DNA from: Dehalococcoidia bacterium
GTDB taxonomy: Bacteria; Chloroflexota; Dehalococcoidia; Lucifugimonadales; UBA2962
Direction of reading: 5' to 3'
Length of the DNA: 64,000 bases
NCBI GenBank assembly: GCA_965219325.1
Contig: OZ244723.1
Location: forward strand, 1,130,158 to 1,194,157
In this document: piece after piece, positions 10,332 through 19,131 of the stretch
Position numbering within the stretch: position 1 is the first letter of the stretch
How the letters are laid out: each line of letters starts with the position of its first letter
The notes under the pieces: model-generated
What the model was told of the DNA's origin: nothing
Databases searched by the model: none
Seen by the model: the letters and a program-made list of their open reading frames with translations, nothing else
Translations under genes and position numbers: made by a program

Positions 10332-10718
10332 CTAGGCTGCCATCCTCGACGACTCTCTCCTGATCGCCCCGAGGGTCTTCGGCTTCCAGTACAGGTCGCG
10401 CTCGACGGCGGGAACGCCGCCGAACACGGTCGCCTCCGCCAGTTCGGTCAGGTCGAAATACCCCAACTCAACGGCGAACCCCTCGACGAGGCCGAAGCAC
10501 AGTCCGGTTTCGCGGTCCCACTCGGTCAAGTACCAGCGCCAGCCGTTGTAGGGCGAAAAGAGCTTGGCGTGCGCCAGGACCGAGTCGTAGTCCTTTACGT
10601 TCTCGTTTGCGTAGAGGGCGGGAATCGTGTCCCCGATCTCCTTCGTCATGAGCCTGTGCCTGCGGAGCCTGCTGTTTGGGTCCTGCCAGGTCGCGGCGGC
10701 TGTCTCTGCGCTGGTCAT
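10332..10718 (-). CDS. DUF2958-family protein (plasmid/ICE-associated)
   Basis: Motif ..LFSPYNGWRWYLTEWDRETGLCFGLVEGFAVELGYFDLTELA is characteristic of DUF2958. Internal ATG at 10718 is preceded by GGAAGGGAGAAACC. Confidence 0.7.
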   Translation of the reverse strand: MTSAETAAATWQDPNSRLRRHRLMTKEIGDTIPALYANENVKDYDSVLAHAKLFSPYNGWRWYLTEWDRETGLCFGLVEGFAVELGYFDLTELAEATVFGGVPAVERDLYWKPKTLGAIRRESSRMAA

Positions 10719-11113
10719 GGTTTCTCCCTTCCGTTTGGACTGATGCCGACGACCTCGCCGACGGCGGTGTTTCGCTGGTAGCACGCCACCTGGCGCGTGT
10801 TCATCTCCCGGGCGCATTCGGTGCAGAAGACGGTGATGAGTTCGGCGGCCCTTGCGACGACCATGCGCCTTAGCAGGACCTGTCCGTTCTCCGGTGTCTC
10901 GTGCCGGTAGAGCCTTACCGAGCGGCTGTGTCTCTCGGCGTCGGTTGCGGGCCGGTAAAAGATGGGTTGAGCTGAGGTACAGAGATGGGAAGGACCGCTA
11001 TGGGGGCAATACCTGCAGGTGTCACCGTCGGGTGAGAAGCCCTGCCACGCCGTGAGGTTTCGCTCCTGCCGCCGCCTGTTGCCGCGTCTGGATTTCCGCA
11101 GCGTTCTATCCAT
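10715..11113 (-). CDS. hypothetical Cys-rich protein, possible zinc-binding
   Basis: 132-aa ORF whose end overlaps the next start by 4 nt (ATGA). Contains CRYCPH and CTEC motifs. Confidence 0.45.
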   Translation of the reverse strand: MDRTLRKSRRGNRRRQERNLTAWQGFSPDGDTCRYCPHSGPSHLCTSAQPIFYRPATDAERHSRSVRLYRHETPENGQVLLRRMVVARAAELITVFCTECAREMNTRQVACYQRNTAVGEVVGISPNGREKP

Positions 11114-11735
11114 CCCCGCCTCCTTCGGCTAGCGTGAGAGCCCCTGCAGCGACCGCCTCCGACAGGTCGCTTCGGAGCCGCTCGCCGTCGGGCTGGCACA
11201 GGTACGCCACGATGCCCGCCGACTGCAGGGGAGCTATCTCGCCGTTTGCGATGCCCCTGTCCCAGAGCCAGTCCGCCCAGGAGCGATGGAGGGGCAGAGG
11301 GCTTCGGCGGTCCATGAATCGGTGGTGAAGCGCTGGCGCCTCGCGCTCGTCACCGGCCAGCAACAGGAACGAATCGGAGTCGTGGGAGAACTCGGCGAGT
11401 TTCGTGTACAGGAAGGCATGCCACCCTCCGGTCACCTGCAGGCGTGAGATCTTCGTGGTCCACGTTCCGACGGTCTGAGGCGGGATGGTGCAGCGTTGGT
11501 AGCCGCCCGAAAGGGCGGTGCCGTCTGCGCCTCGCATCAGGTGTGCGGCCTCGGGAGGCTGCTTGAGCAGAGCGGCCCATATGGCCTTGAGGGCAGTCTG
11601 TGAGCCGACCATGGAAAGGAACCAGAGGGTCTGGTCGCGGTCGTCCCGGGCGAAGGCGTCGACCGTGGCGGAAAATCCTCCGGCGCTGATCGTGTGAAGG
11701 TCCGCCGCGCCCGGCGGATCGCAGCTTGCTGTCAT
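11106..11735 (-). CDS. hypothetical protein (209 aa)
   Basis: ORF in the same operon-like minus-strand series. No motif recognised. Confidence 0.45.
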   Translation of the reverse strand: MTASCDPPGAADLHTISAGGFSATVDAFARDDRDQTLWFLSMVGSQTALKAIWAALLKQPPEAAHLMRGADGTALSGGYQRCTIPPQTVGTWTTKISRLQVTGGWHAFLYTKLAEFSHDSDSFLLLAGDEREAPALHHRFMDRRSPLPLHRSWADWLWDRGIANGEIAPLQSAGIVAYLCQPDGERLRSDLSEAVAAGALTLAEGGGDG

Positions 11736-11769
11736 GTGATATCTCCTGGGTGAGAGTTTCGGCGGTGTG

Positions 11770-12273
11770 CTAGGCCGGTATGTGGCCGCGGTCCCTGAGG
11801 CTGACGAAGTCGTCCGGGCCGCCGATAACTATGTGGTCGAGCAGGTCGATGCGAAGGAGCTTCGCGGCGTCGACCAGGTCCTGTGTGACGGCGATGTCCT
11901 CCGGGCTCGGAGTGGGGTCTTGTGAGGGATGATTATGCAGAACTATGACGTGGGGGACGGCCTCGACGACGGCGGGGCGGAAGACCTCTGCGGGCCTCAC
12001 GATCGCCGAGTACGCGTTGCCCATGTAGATCGTTCTCTGGCCGACGACGTGGTTCTTTCTGTCGAGGAGCAGGACGCGGACCTGCTCCTGTGCGAGCTGG
12101 GACATCTCGGGTCCGACGAGCCGGCACACGTCCTCGGGAGAGGAGACGGTGGGCGGGTCGGCCTCGCGCTCGGGGAGGGTCTCGACGTCGTACCGGATGG
12201 ACAGCTCGCTGAGCAGGTCGAGGTTGCGGCGCAGGGCGTCGAGCAGGGTGTCGGTGTGGGCTATCGTGGTCAT
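11770..12273 (-). CDS. radC: RadC-like JAB/MPN domain protein
   Basis: JAMM-type motif VLHNHPSQDPTPSPEDIAVT and the C-terminal block LLDHIVIG. Confidence 0.85.
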   Translation of the reverse strand: MTTIAHTDTLLDALRRNLDLLSELSIRYDVETLPEREADPPTVSSPEDVCRLVGPEMSQLAQEQVRVLLLDRKNHVVGQRTIYMGNAYSAIVRPAEVFRPAVVEAVPHVIVLHNHPSQDPTPSPEDIAVTQDLVDAAKLLRIDLLDHIVIGGPDDFVSLRDRGHIPA

Positions 12274-12317
12274 GTCTGTACTCCTGTAGCGGGTGTGCGA
12301 TGGGTCGGATAAGAAGG

Positions 12318-12357
12318 CGGGGCCGCTCCCTCATTCGGTCTGAGGCGAGCGGCCCCG
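12318..12357 (-). terminator. long GC-rich hairpin after ssb (CGGGGCCGCTCCCTCA / TGAGGCGAGCGGCCCCG)
   Basis: About 16-bp stem with one bulge and a 7-nt loop, read directly. Confidence 0.45.
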
Positions 12358-12399
12358 TGATGCGCCCGGAGATACCGGGCGGCGGAGTGCGGGCGGCTG

Positions 12400-12780
12400 C
12401 TAGAAGGGCGAGCTCTCGGCCTCTGCCTGCTCCACCTCGGCGCTCTTGCCGCTGCCGTTGCGCGAGTCGAGGAAGATGACCTCGTTTGCGTGGATCTCGG
12501 TGCGGAAGCGTCGCTGTCCGTCGGAGCCTTCGTAGGAGCTGTAGGAGATCCGTCCGGCGACGAAGATCCGGTCGCCCTTGCCGACGAACTGGTTGACGAC
12601 CTCGGCCGTCTTTCCCCAGCACGTGACTCCGTGCCAGTCGGTCTCCGTTTCGCCGTTCTGCCGTCGCCGGTCGGTGGCGACCCGCAGCTGCGTCACGGCG
12701 GTGCCGGACTGCGTGTACTTCATCTCGGGCTCGATTCCCACGCGTCCCAGCAGTTCTACCCTGTTGATTGTCCTTGCCAT
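12400..12780 (-). CDS. ssb: single-stranded DNA-binding protein
   Basis: MARTINRVELLGRVG..EMKYTQSG..V..L.VAT OB-fold N-terminus and an acidic tail ending ..SPF. ATG at 12780 is preceded by AAGGAGG. Confidence 0.9.
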   Translation of the reverse strand: MARTINRVELLGRVGIEPEMKYTQSGTAVTQLRVATDRRRQNGETETDWHGVTCWGKTAEVVNQFVGKGDRIFVAGRISYSSYEGSDGQRRFRTEIHANEVIFLDSRNGSGKSAEVEQAEAESSPF

Positions 12781-12884
12781 TTGTTTCCTCCTTACAGGTC
12801 CTTCGGTGCGGTCCGTCCGCACCCGGCGTATAGAAAGCGGGGCCGTGTTGGCGGCCCCGTCCGGCGCTCCGGCAATCGGAGCGG

Positions 12885-13907
12885 CTATGTCACGCGCACG
12901 TGCTCCGAGGTGTTTTCCGAAACGACCTCGGCCCGAGTCTCCGGGTCCAGCAATGCGCTGAGACGCCGGTGGTTGACGGTGAACCTGGTGGTCCGAACGA
13001 GGCTGACCGTCCGGCCCCCGATGCTCTCCTTTCCGTTGTTCCTTCCTCGCATCCACTCCTTCAGCGTTTCCAGCGCGGCCCGTTTGGCCCGCTCGGGCTC
13101 TCGCATCGCCTCCTGTGCCGCTGTGTATGAGGCCACCGCGGCGTGCGCCTCCTCATCCGTCACCTCGCTTTGCTGCACATCCGGCACGTCAGGTCCCGGC
13201 TCCGCGGGTTGGCAGACGGTCAGGAACGGGCAGGCGCCACAGCGCCAGCTTCCCGCAGTGAAGTCCCGCTCGGGCAGGGCGTCCGGGTCCGGCCCTGTGG
13301 CAGCGAGGTGCTCGGCCAGCGGAGCCAGCCATGACCGCGTCTTCTCCAGCGCCGCGGTCACCCGGGGAGACGGGATCACCTCGAAATCCCAGCCGCGGGA
13401 TCCCGTCTCCATGGTGGCGATGACGACGGGCCGGGCCTCGCCGAATCTCCCGTGGGAGTAGACTGCTGCCTGAGCGACCGAGTCCGGGTGGCTGATCTCG
13501 GCGCCCATCGCCTGCCAGCGCTTGAACGCGGCGGGTCCGCGGGTCTTGACCTCGACGATGAGCTCGTCCCCGCCGAAGACGGGTATGCGTCCGGTGGCGT
13601 CGGGGTGGCCGGACACGGTCAGGTTGGGGGCGAGCCTGACCGATACCCGCTCCGGGTTCTCCGGATCGCTGGGAGAGATCTCCCACCCGGCCCTTTCCAT
13701 GGCCCTCAGGACCACCGGTTCGAGTGCTCTGCCCGCCTCCATGATGGTTACGGGCTGGTCGGTCGGCTCGTTCGTGGGCGCGTGGCCGGTGGCCGCGTAC
13801 CACAGGGCCCTTCGGCAGCCCATCGCCGCCGAGGCCCTGACCTCGAGCCCGCCGCCATCGTCGATGCGTGCGGCGGGACGCGAGTATGCCCGGTCCATGT
13901 CGTTCAT
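12885..13907 (-). CDS. PD-(D/E)XK exonuclease, Cas4/RecB-like with a four-Cys cluster
   Basis: GHPDATG...DELIVEVKT (D..ExK), an N-terminal Cys (AMGCRRA), and a C-terminal CGACPFLTVC (C-x2-C-x5-C). Confidence 0.7.
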   Translation of the reverse strand: MNDMDRAYSRPAARIDDGGGLEVRASAAMGCRRALWYAATGHAPTNEPTDQPVTIMEAGRALEPVVLRAMERAGWEISPSDPENPERVSVRLAPNLTVSGHPDATGRIPVFGGDELIVEVKTRGPAAFKRWQAMGAEISHPDSVAQAAVYSHGRFGEARPVVIATMETGSRGWDFEVIPSPRVTAALEKTRSWLAPLAEHLAATGPDPDALPERDFTAGSWRCGACPFLTVCQPAEPGPDVPDVQQSEVTDEEAHAAVASYTAAQEAMREPERAKRAALETLKEWMRGRNNGKESIGGRTVSLVRTTRFTVNHRRLSALLDPETRAEVVSENTSEHVRVT

Positions 13908-13940
13908 CTCGTCTCCTTCCTTTTCCTGTAGCGGAGCGGC

Positions 13941-14321
13941 TCATGCGGCGATCGCGTGGACCCGCTCTCCGTCGTCCCCGGCGTACTCCCGCAGCACGTG
14001 CGCAATGCCGTCGGCGACTCCCCTGACCTGGACCGTCCTGCCACCTGGCATCCGGTTCGGCCATGGCTGCATCTCCCCGATCCCACGGCACTGGCCGACG
14101 ATCTCGGCAAGGGGCGTGCCGCGGCGAAGGTGCAGCGATATGAGCCTGCAGGCCGTCTCGACCATGCCGTGCTCGGGGCTGCCCGCCTTGCCGAGCGAGC
14201 CGAGGACCTCCACGGGCCGACCGTCGTCGTCGACGCAGACGGTGACGAAGAGGCTTCCGCGGTCGGTGGCCAGCCGTGTGGTGGTGCTCCGCAGCGTCCT
14301 GGGCCTGCCCTGCGCCGTCAT
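13941..14321 (-). CDS. stand-alone TSCPD-domain protein (resembles the class II ribonucleotide reductase C-terminal domain)
   Basis: GSLFVTVCVDDDGRPVEVLGSLGKAGS...RLISLHLRRGTPLAEIVGQCRGI... matches the pattern I know for NrdJ C-terminal/TSCPD domains. Confidence 0.6.
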   Translation of the reverse strand: MTAQGRPRTLRSTTTRLATDRGSLFVTVCVDDDGRPVEVLGSLGKAGSPEHGMVETACRLISLHLRRGTPLAEIVGQCRGIGEMQPWPNRMPGGRTVQVRGVADGIAHVLREYAGDDGERVHAIAA

Positions 14322-15082
14322 GACCCCTTGCCCTCACCGCCGGCCTGCCCGAGCTTGTCCGCTGCGCCCTCGATGAGGGGCGTCAGTTCTGCAGCGGTGA
14401 CCTCTTCGAGGTCCCTGCCGGTCTTGGCCCTGACCGCCGCCCGCACCTGCGCCTCGTCGAATCCCTGCATGATGCCGAGCCGCACCAACGTGGCGCGAAG
14501 CGACGGTGCCAGCGAGTCGGCCGAGCCCGCCCGGACGGGCGCCGGGTGCTCACCGTAGAGGCCATTGCCGAAACGGTCTCCGAAGCTGCGCAGCGCCCGC
14601 TTCATGCCGTCGGTGACGCAGCCCTTTATCGCCGTTTCGTGGCCGTCCGCCGTGTCGTCGGCCACAGCGTGGAAGCCGATGTCGGTCCGAGGCGGAGCAC
14701 CCGGTACGGTCACCCGGACTGGCGCCGAGTATGCGAGGATCCGCGTCACCTCGCCGGTGCCGCGGTCGACGGTCTCGATCTCGCGGAGAGTAACGTTCCC
14801 GGCGAGCTCATATGCCCATCCACCAAAGCCGAAAATCCTGTTGGCTTCGGCGATCGCAACGTGCCCTTCGATGTATGAGAAAGTCTTCCCGCCGCGGCCC
14901 CTGCGCTGCGATACGAGCGCCGGGTCGAGGGGGCGTGCAAGCTCCGCCGTGACTACCGGGGGCAGGGCGTCCCAGCCCAGGTCATGGTCGCCGGCGACCG
15001 GCGCGGTTTCTCTGTGGGTACCGTTGGTGCCGTTCTTCGCAGCGCCGTTTACGCTGCCGTTTCTTCGTGTTCCGTTGAGCAT
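14318..15082 (-). CDS. Rad52/22-family single-strand annealing protein
   Basis: KTFSYIEGHVAIAEANRIFGFGGW ... KGCVTDGMKRALRSFGDRFGNGLY, which are typical Rad52-family blocks. Confidence 0.75.
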   Translation of the reverse strand: MLNGTRRNGSVNGAAKNGTNGTHRETAPVAGDHDLGWDALPPVVTAELARPLDPALVSQRRGRGGKTFSYIEGHVAIAEANRIFGFGGWAYELAGNVTLREIETVDRGTGEVTRILAYSAPVRVTVPGAPPRTDIGFHAVADDTADGHETAIKGCVTDGMKRALRSFGDRFGNGLYGEHPAPVRAGSADSLAPSLRATLVRLGIMQGFDEAQVRAAVRAKTGRDLEEVTAAELTPLIEGAADKLGQAGGEGKGS

Positions 15083-15304
15083 GTCTGTCTCCTTCAGTCA
15101 TTCGCTGGAGATCGATGATCGATGCGGTTTCCGGTAGGAGGAAGCCGTGAGTGAACAGGGCCCCGGACGCGTGGATGGGCCCCTGGGGCCATGCACGCAG
15201 TGGAAGGGCGGGAGTGTGGGTCCGGGGTCCGCCGGTGGGGTTGAGGGTCCCGCATCACCGCCCGGGGTTCGGGCGGCCGGGACCTGTGGGGTGGGGGAGC
15301 GCCG

Positions 15305-16342
15305 CTACCGTGCGGCGCGGGCGGCTGCGCGGAGCGCATGCATGAAGGCGGTCCTGCCTCTGGGGAGGGACGCGAGCTCGGAGGCGTCCGATATGCCACC
15401 CGGAAGGGTGACGGACGCCGCCCTCCTACCGAGCAGCCCCTGGAGTTGCTCGGCGGCCTCACGGCCTGCTTCGTCCGCGTCGAAGGCGAGGAAGACGCGA
15501 CCGCAGCCCCGCAGGGACGCGGCGATGCGCTCTGCGCCCTGTATGCCGAGCGCGCTGCAGGCCGGGAGGCCCCACCCGGCGAGCGCGACCCAGTCGAACA
15601 GGCCCTCAGTGAGGACCACGAACGAGGGGGCGGCGCTGAGCCTTGCGAGACCGAGCACCGGCTTCGTACCAGGCAGAGCCTGGAACCGGTGCGAGGTGCC
15701 GGGATCGATGGCCCTTCCTGCAATCCAGCGCGCGAGCCCGCCGGCGGCGTCTGGGACGACGATCATGCCGGCGAAGCGTTCACCGCGGGCGGTCAGCAGA
15801 CCCGAGCGGCTGAGACGCTCGGCGCCGAAACCTGCGGACTCCAGGTGGGCCCGCAGTCCCTCTCCCGGCGCGTAGCCGAGCCCGAGACGGGCGGCCGCGC
15901 CGGCGCCGATGCCCCGCCACGCAAGGTACTTCCTCGCCTCCGGACAGCGCCTGAGCTGCCCTGCGTAGAACCTCATCGCCGCGGTGAGCGCTGCGGGATC
16001 GCAGGCGTATCCGCCGGCCGGGGTGCGGTCCCACGGGACGGCCCGAGGTCTCACGGCGCATCCACCATCGGACTGCAGCCTGCGAATCGCCTCCGGCAGC
16101 CCGACCCCCTGGGTGCGCTGGACGAAGTCCAGGACATCGCCTCCTGAGCCACAGCCGAAGCAGTACCACCTTTCGGTATCGCCGTACACGGTGAACGACC
16201 CCTCCGCCTCGGAGTGGAAGGGGCAGACGCCCTGCCGGACCCTGCCCCTCCCGGAAAGCTCGACCCCCGCCGCCTCGACGGTATCGCCGAGCGGGTGCCG
16301 GCACTTGAGCGCAGCCAGGTCTACCGGCGCCGAGGCTGTCAT
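15305..16342 (-). CDS. DNA primase, CHC2 zinc finger plus TOPRIM (DnaG-like, element-encoded)
   Basis: CPFHSEAEGSFTVY..WYCFGCG zinc finger. TOPRIM block VVLTEGLFD...FLAFDADEAG. The ATG at 16342 overlaps the upstream stop (ATGA). Confidence 0.85.
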   Translation of the reverse strand: MTASAPVDLAALKCRHPLGDTVEAAGVELSGRGRVRQGVCPFHSEAEGSFTVYGDTERWYCFGCGSGGDVLDFVQRTQGVGLPEAIRRLQSDGGCAVRPRAVPWDRTPAGGYACDPAALTAAMRFYAGQLRRCPEARKYLAWRGIGAGAAARLGLGYAPGEGLRAHLESAGFGAERLSRSGLLTARGERFAGMIVVPDAAGGLARWIAGRAIDPGTSHRFQALPGTKPVLGLARLSAAPSFVVLTEGLFDWVALAGWGLPACSALGIQGAERIAASLRGCGRVFLAFDADEAGREAAEQLQGLLGRRAASVTLPGGISDASELASLPRGRTAFMHALRAAARAAR

Positions 16343-16788
16343 CGAACGCCCCCGTCCAGCGGCCGGAGCCCCCGGACCGAGCGCCGCGAGACGAGCCGAC
16401 CGGGCTTCCACCGCATCCCTATCGCCGCCGCCACCTCGAGCATGCCGTCCGCAGTGGGGCGCAGCACCGCACCGCGGCCCGTGCCCTGGCCGTAGAGCAG
16501 GGCGCCGGAGCCGGCGAACCTCCTTCGCGCGAGCCCGAGCCACTCGGAGTACGCCCACCGGACCTCTCCGTCCGTGGCCCTGCGGATGTCCACACCACCC
16601 AGCACCGCCAGTGCGCCGTCCGTGTCCCCGGTCCGCCGCAGCCGCCGCGCGTCGTGGACGCTGCGCGCAACGCTCTGCGCCTCCCGGCAGGTCTGCCCGA
16701 GCAGGGCGTCCATCACCCGGTCGATCAGCTCCTCGATGCTGTGCCGGCTGCCACTCGTCGCCTGGTTCGTCACTGTCATCGTCGTCAT
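16339..16788 (-). CDS. hypothetical protein (149 aa)
   Basis: ORF translationally coupled to the primase gene. No motif recognised. Confidence 0.45.
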   Translation of the reverse strand: MTTMTVTNQATSGSRHSIEELIDRVMDALLGQTCREAQSVARSVHDARRLRRTGDTDGALAVLGGVDIRRATDGEVRWAYSEWLGLARRRFAGSGALLYGQGTGRGAVLRPTADGMLEVAAAIGMRWKPGRLVSRRSVRGLRPLDGGVR

Positions 16789-16827
16789 CGTTATCTCCTT
16801 CTCGGCAGTCCCGGCCGCCGTCTCTGA

Positions 16828-17010
16828 TTACTTGCCCTTGAGAGCCTTCAAAACCATGAATCCCAGGAACCCGATCGCCAGCCCGTTCACCGCGAACAGC
16901 GACAGCGAGCCTGTCAGCACCAGCGGCGCCACCAGCACCGCGACCGCTGCCGATCTCCTGTGTCTCCAGAGGAATCCCGGAACCCTGAGGGCCAAATTCA
17001 AAACCAGCAA
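16828..17010 (-). CDS. small two-helix membrane protein (about 60 aa)
   Basis: TTG start 7 nt after AAGGAGG. Has two hydrophobic segments. Confidence 0.35.
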   Translation of the reverse strand: MLVLNLALRVPGFLWRHRRSAAVAVLVAPLVLTGSLSLFAVNGLAIGFLGFMVLKALKGK

Positions 17011-17672
17011 AGTGCGCACCTCCTTATGCGTATGCGTGTGTCGCCCAGGTCGTCGATCAATAGATGGGGAAAGACACACCTCGCCCGATGCCGGATGCCA
17101 TGCACGGGGGCCGAGGTGTGGTGGGGGAAGATGAGGGGAGGCGGCCGGCCTATGACGCGGTCACAGGTCGGCGCGGATGGGGAAGGGAAGCCGTTGCCCG
17201 CCTGAGCATATGTCCCGGGAGACACGGTGGACCGGCGCCGGGACGTAGGGAACCAACGGACCAGCTCGGGGAGCCAGACCGCGGGCATGCGGGACCGGCG
17301 GCAGGGCGGTGGGCGCTCAGCCGGCGGCGTCTATGGGGCGATGCGCAACACGCGCGTTCGCCGTGGTGTCCGGGCCGCGAAAGACTCGGTCGACTCCGCA
17401 TACCGGACGGGGCCGCGGGCGAAGGACTGAGTCACTCCGTCACTGCGACGATGTTCCCCTTGGAAGCGGTTCAGGAGAGCAGAGCTCGATCCCTACTAAC
17501 GCTCCCGGGCACGGGAACAGGACCCCCAGGTTTCATTAATGGCGAAACTTGGAAAGCCGAACAACGAACTCAGTATTGGGGTGCCGGATGGGCCGACGCA
17601 AGGGTTTCGGGGCCAGGGACGCAGGATCATGAACTCCGGTTGACCGGGACTTGTACGGGACCCTAAGTGGCG

Positions 17673-18509
17673 GGTAGTGTCTGAGTTTGACTCTGCAAAC
17701 TTGGCTAGCCATTCGAGGTCGCGAGGTCGTAAGGTTCGGTCGTCAGGCTGGCAGCCAACGCTAGAGTCTTCCGGATGCTGACATGTGGCCTCACGAAGTT
17801 GTAGTAGGCGAGGTATAGGGCCAGCCCGTGGCTGTGGTTCTCAAAGCGCTTCGAGAAGGCGTTGGTCCTGGGGATGAACCGCTTCATGCTGGTCCCCATG
17901 GTTATGTTCTGGCGCTCAACGCAGGGGTTGGTGACGCCTTACCTGGTGTTCTGCAGAGAGTCGAGTTCATTCCCGAACGCGGCCTCGACCGCCAAGGGAT
18001 GGGACTTAAAGGCCCTGGCCGTCAGGACGACCCGTCCTGCGAGCCGCGCCGGAGGTCGTCTATAGACCTGATGACCGCCTCGGTGTCACGATTTCCCGCG
18101 TTCCAAGTTACGACGAGCCTGAAGCGGTAGGCGTATGACCTGGGCGACAACGTTTTTCCTGCTCGGGCTGTGGTGCGCATTCACTCTGGCGGCAGCGATC
18201 CTGGTGCTGGTCGGATTTGAGGGATCGCGGCTCTTCGGTTTCGTCGATCCCGATCTGATCGAGACCGAGACGGTTGGCGTGTGGGTCGAGACTTTCAAGG
18301 TGACATGGGCCGACGTGGTGGTGGGCCTCTCGGCCTGGCGCTATCATTTTCTGGAGACTTCCAATGCCATTGTGGGCGTCAGGATGATTACCCTCTGGCC
18401 GCTGACGGGCGCGGCCGTACTCGCGCTGGCGAGACTGGCGGTGACCGGTTTGACCATCGCAGTCTCGAGGGTCCGATCTAAGCTTGCAGAGTCAAACTGA
18501 GACACTACC
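17673..18509 (-). mobile_element. decayed IS (IS1595/IS1-like) with intact 26-bp terminal inverted repeats
   Basis: GGTAGTGTCTGAGTTTGACTCTGCAA at 17673-17698 versus the reverse complement of 18484-18509 (25 of 26 match). Transposase remnants lie inside in several frames. Confidence 0.6.
17705..17899 (-). pseudogene. transposase C-terminal fragment
   Basis: ..TNAFSKRFENHSHGLALYLAYYNFVRPH.. is the conserved C-terminal block of IS1/IS1595-type DDE transposases. An upstream GIDETE block (within 18108..18347) lies in a different frame. Confidence 0.55.
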
Positions 18510-18624
18510 AAGCTGCGAGGCTGGAGCTGCCCTCATCTCCTCGATCCCGCCAGCAATGTTCCTCCGAGCTACACCCAGCGGCCCAGGGTTTCTGGGCTAG
18601 CCGGCCCCACCGGCGCCGTACCCC

Positions 18625-19080
18625 CTAGCTTTTCCACACCCCGAACGTTAGCGCCCGCCGAAGCCGGCTGAGCAACTGAAGCCTCCTGCGCTCGGCCCTT
18701 ATGTCGTCCAGTTCCCGCATCCGCCAGTCGAGCTGGACGGCGCGTCTCGACGGGTGCAGCGGCTCGGTCTCCGGAGGCAGCGTGAGGTCGTGCTCGCCGA
18801 GCATGGCCACCTCCAGCTCCATGACCCTCTCCCTGTCGACCGCCTGCTCCAGCCTGGTCCCCTCGCCCCGTCGGTCCCTGAGGTCCCTCCACTCGGCGAC
18901 CAGCGCCATGCCCGCCCCGTAGGACTCCTCCTCGCCCGGGTGTGGCTCTTCGGTCACAAGGCCCGGCCTGACATCGCCGTGAGGGTGGCGCCCCCGGTCT
19001 CCGGTCGCCGGGGCGGCGTCTAACCGCAGCCCGCCGCCGCTGCGCTCCAGCACGGCGACCCTGCGCGCAAGCTCCCGCAC
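18625..19080 (-). CDS. coiled-coil protein; same reading frame as 19132..19446, separated from it by a single TAG
   Basis: GTG start, Glu/Arg/Leu-rich, third codon positions mostly G/C. See findings. Confidence 0.4.
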   Translation of the reverse strand: MRELARRVAVLERSGGGLRLDAAPATGDRGRHPHGDVRPGLVTEEPHPGEEESYGAGMALVAEWRDLRDRRGEGTRLEQAVDRERVMELEVAMLGEHDLTLPPETEPLHPSRRAVQLDWRMRELDDIRAERRRLQLLSRLRRALTFGVWKS

Positions 19081-19131
19081 CCGCCCCCCTCCGGTCCGCC
19101 CCTGACCTGCCTGCTCGACCGCGGCGCGGAT

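Noticed and set aside
17064-17666. 200-aa Arg/Gly-rich ORF in the ~600-bp gap left of the decayed IS.
   Set aside because: Composition is typical of non-coding G+C-rich sequence and there is no RBS or motif. The region is left unannotated. No convincing repeat or structure for an origin of transfer was found by eye.
18135-18500. 121-aa hydrophobic plus-strand ORF inside the decayed IS.
   Set aside because: It runs into the right terminal inverted repeat and is antisense to the transposase remnants. It has no RBS and is likely fortuitous.
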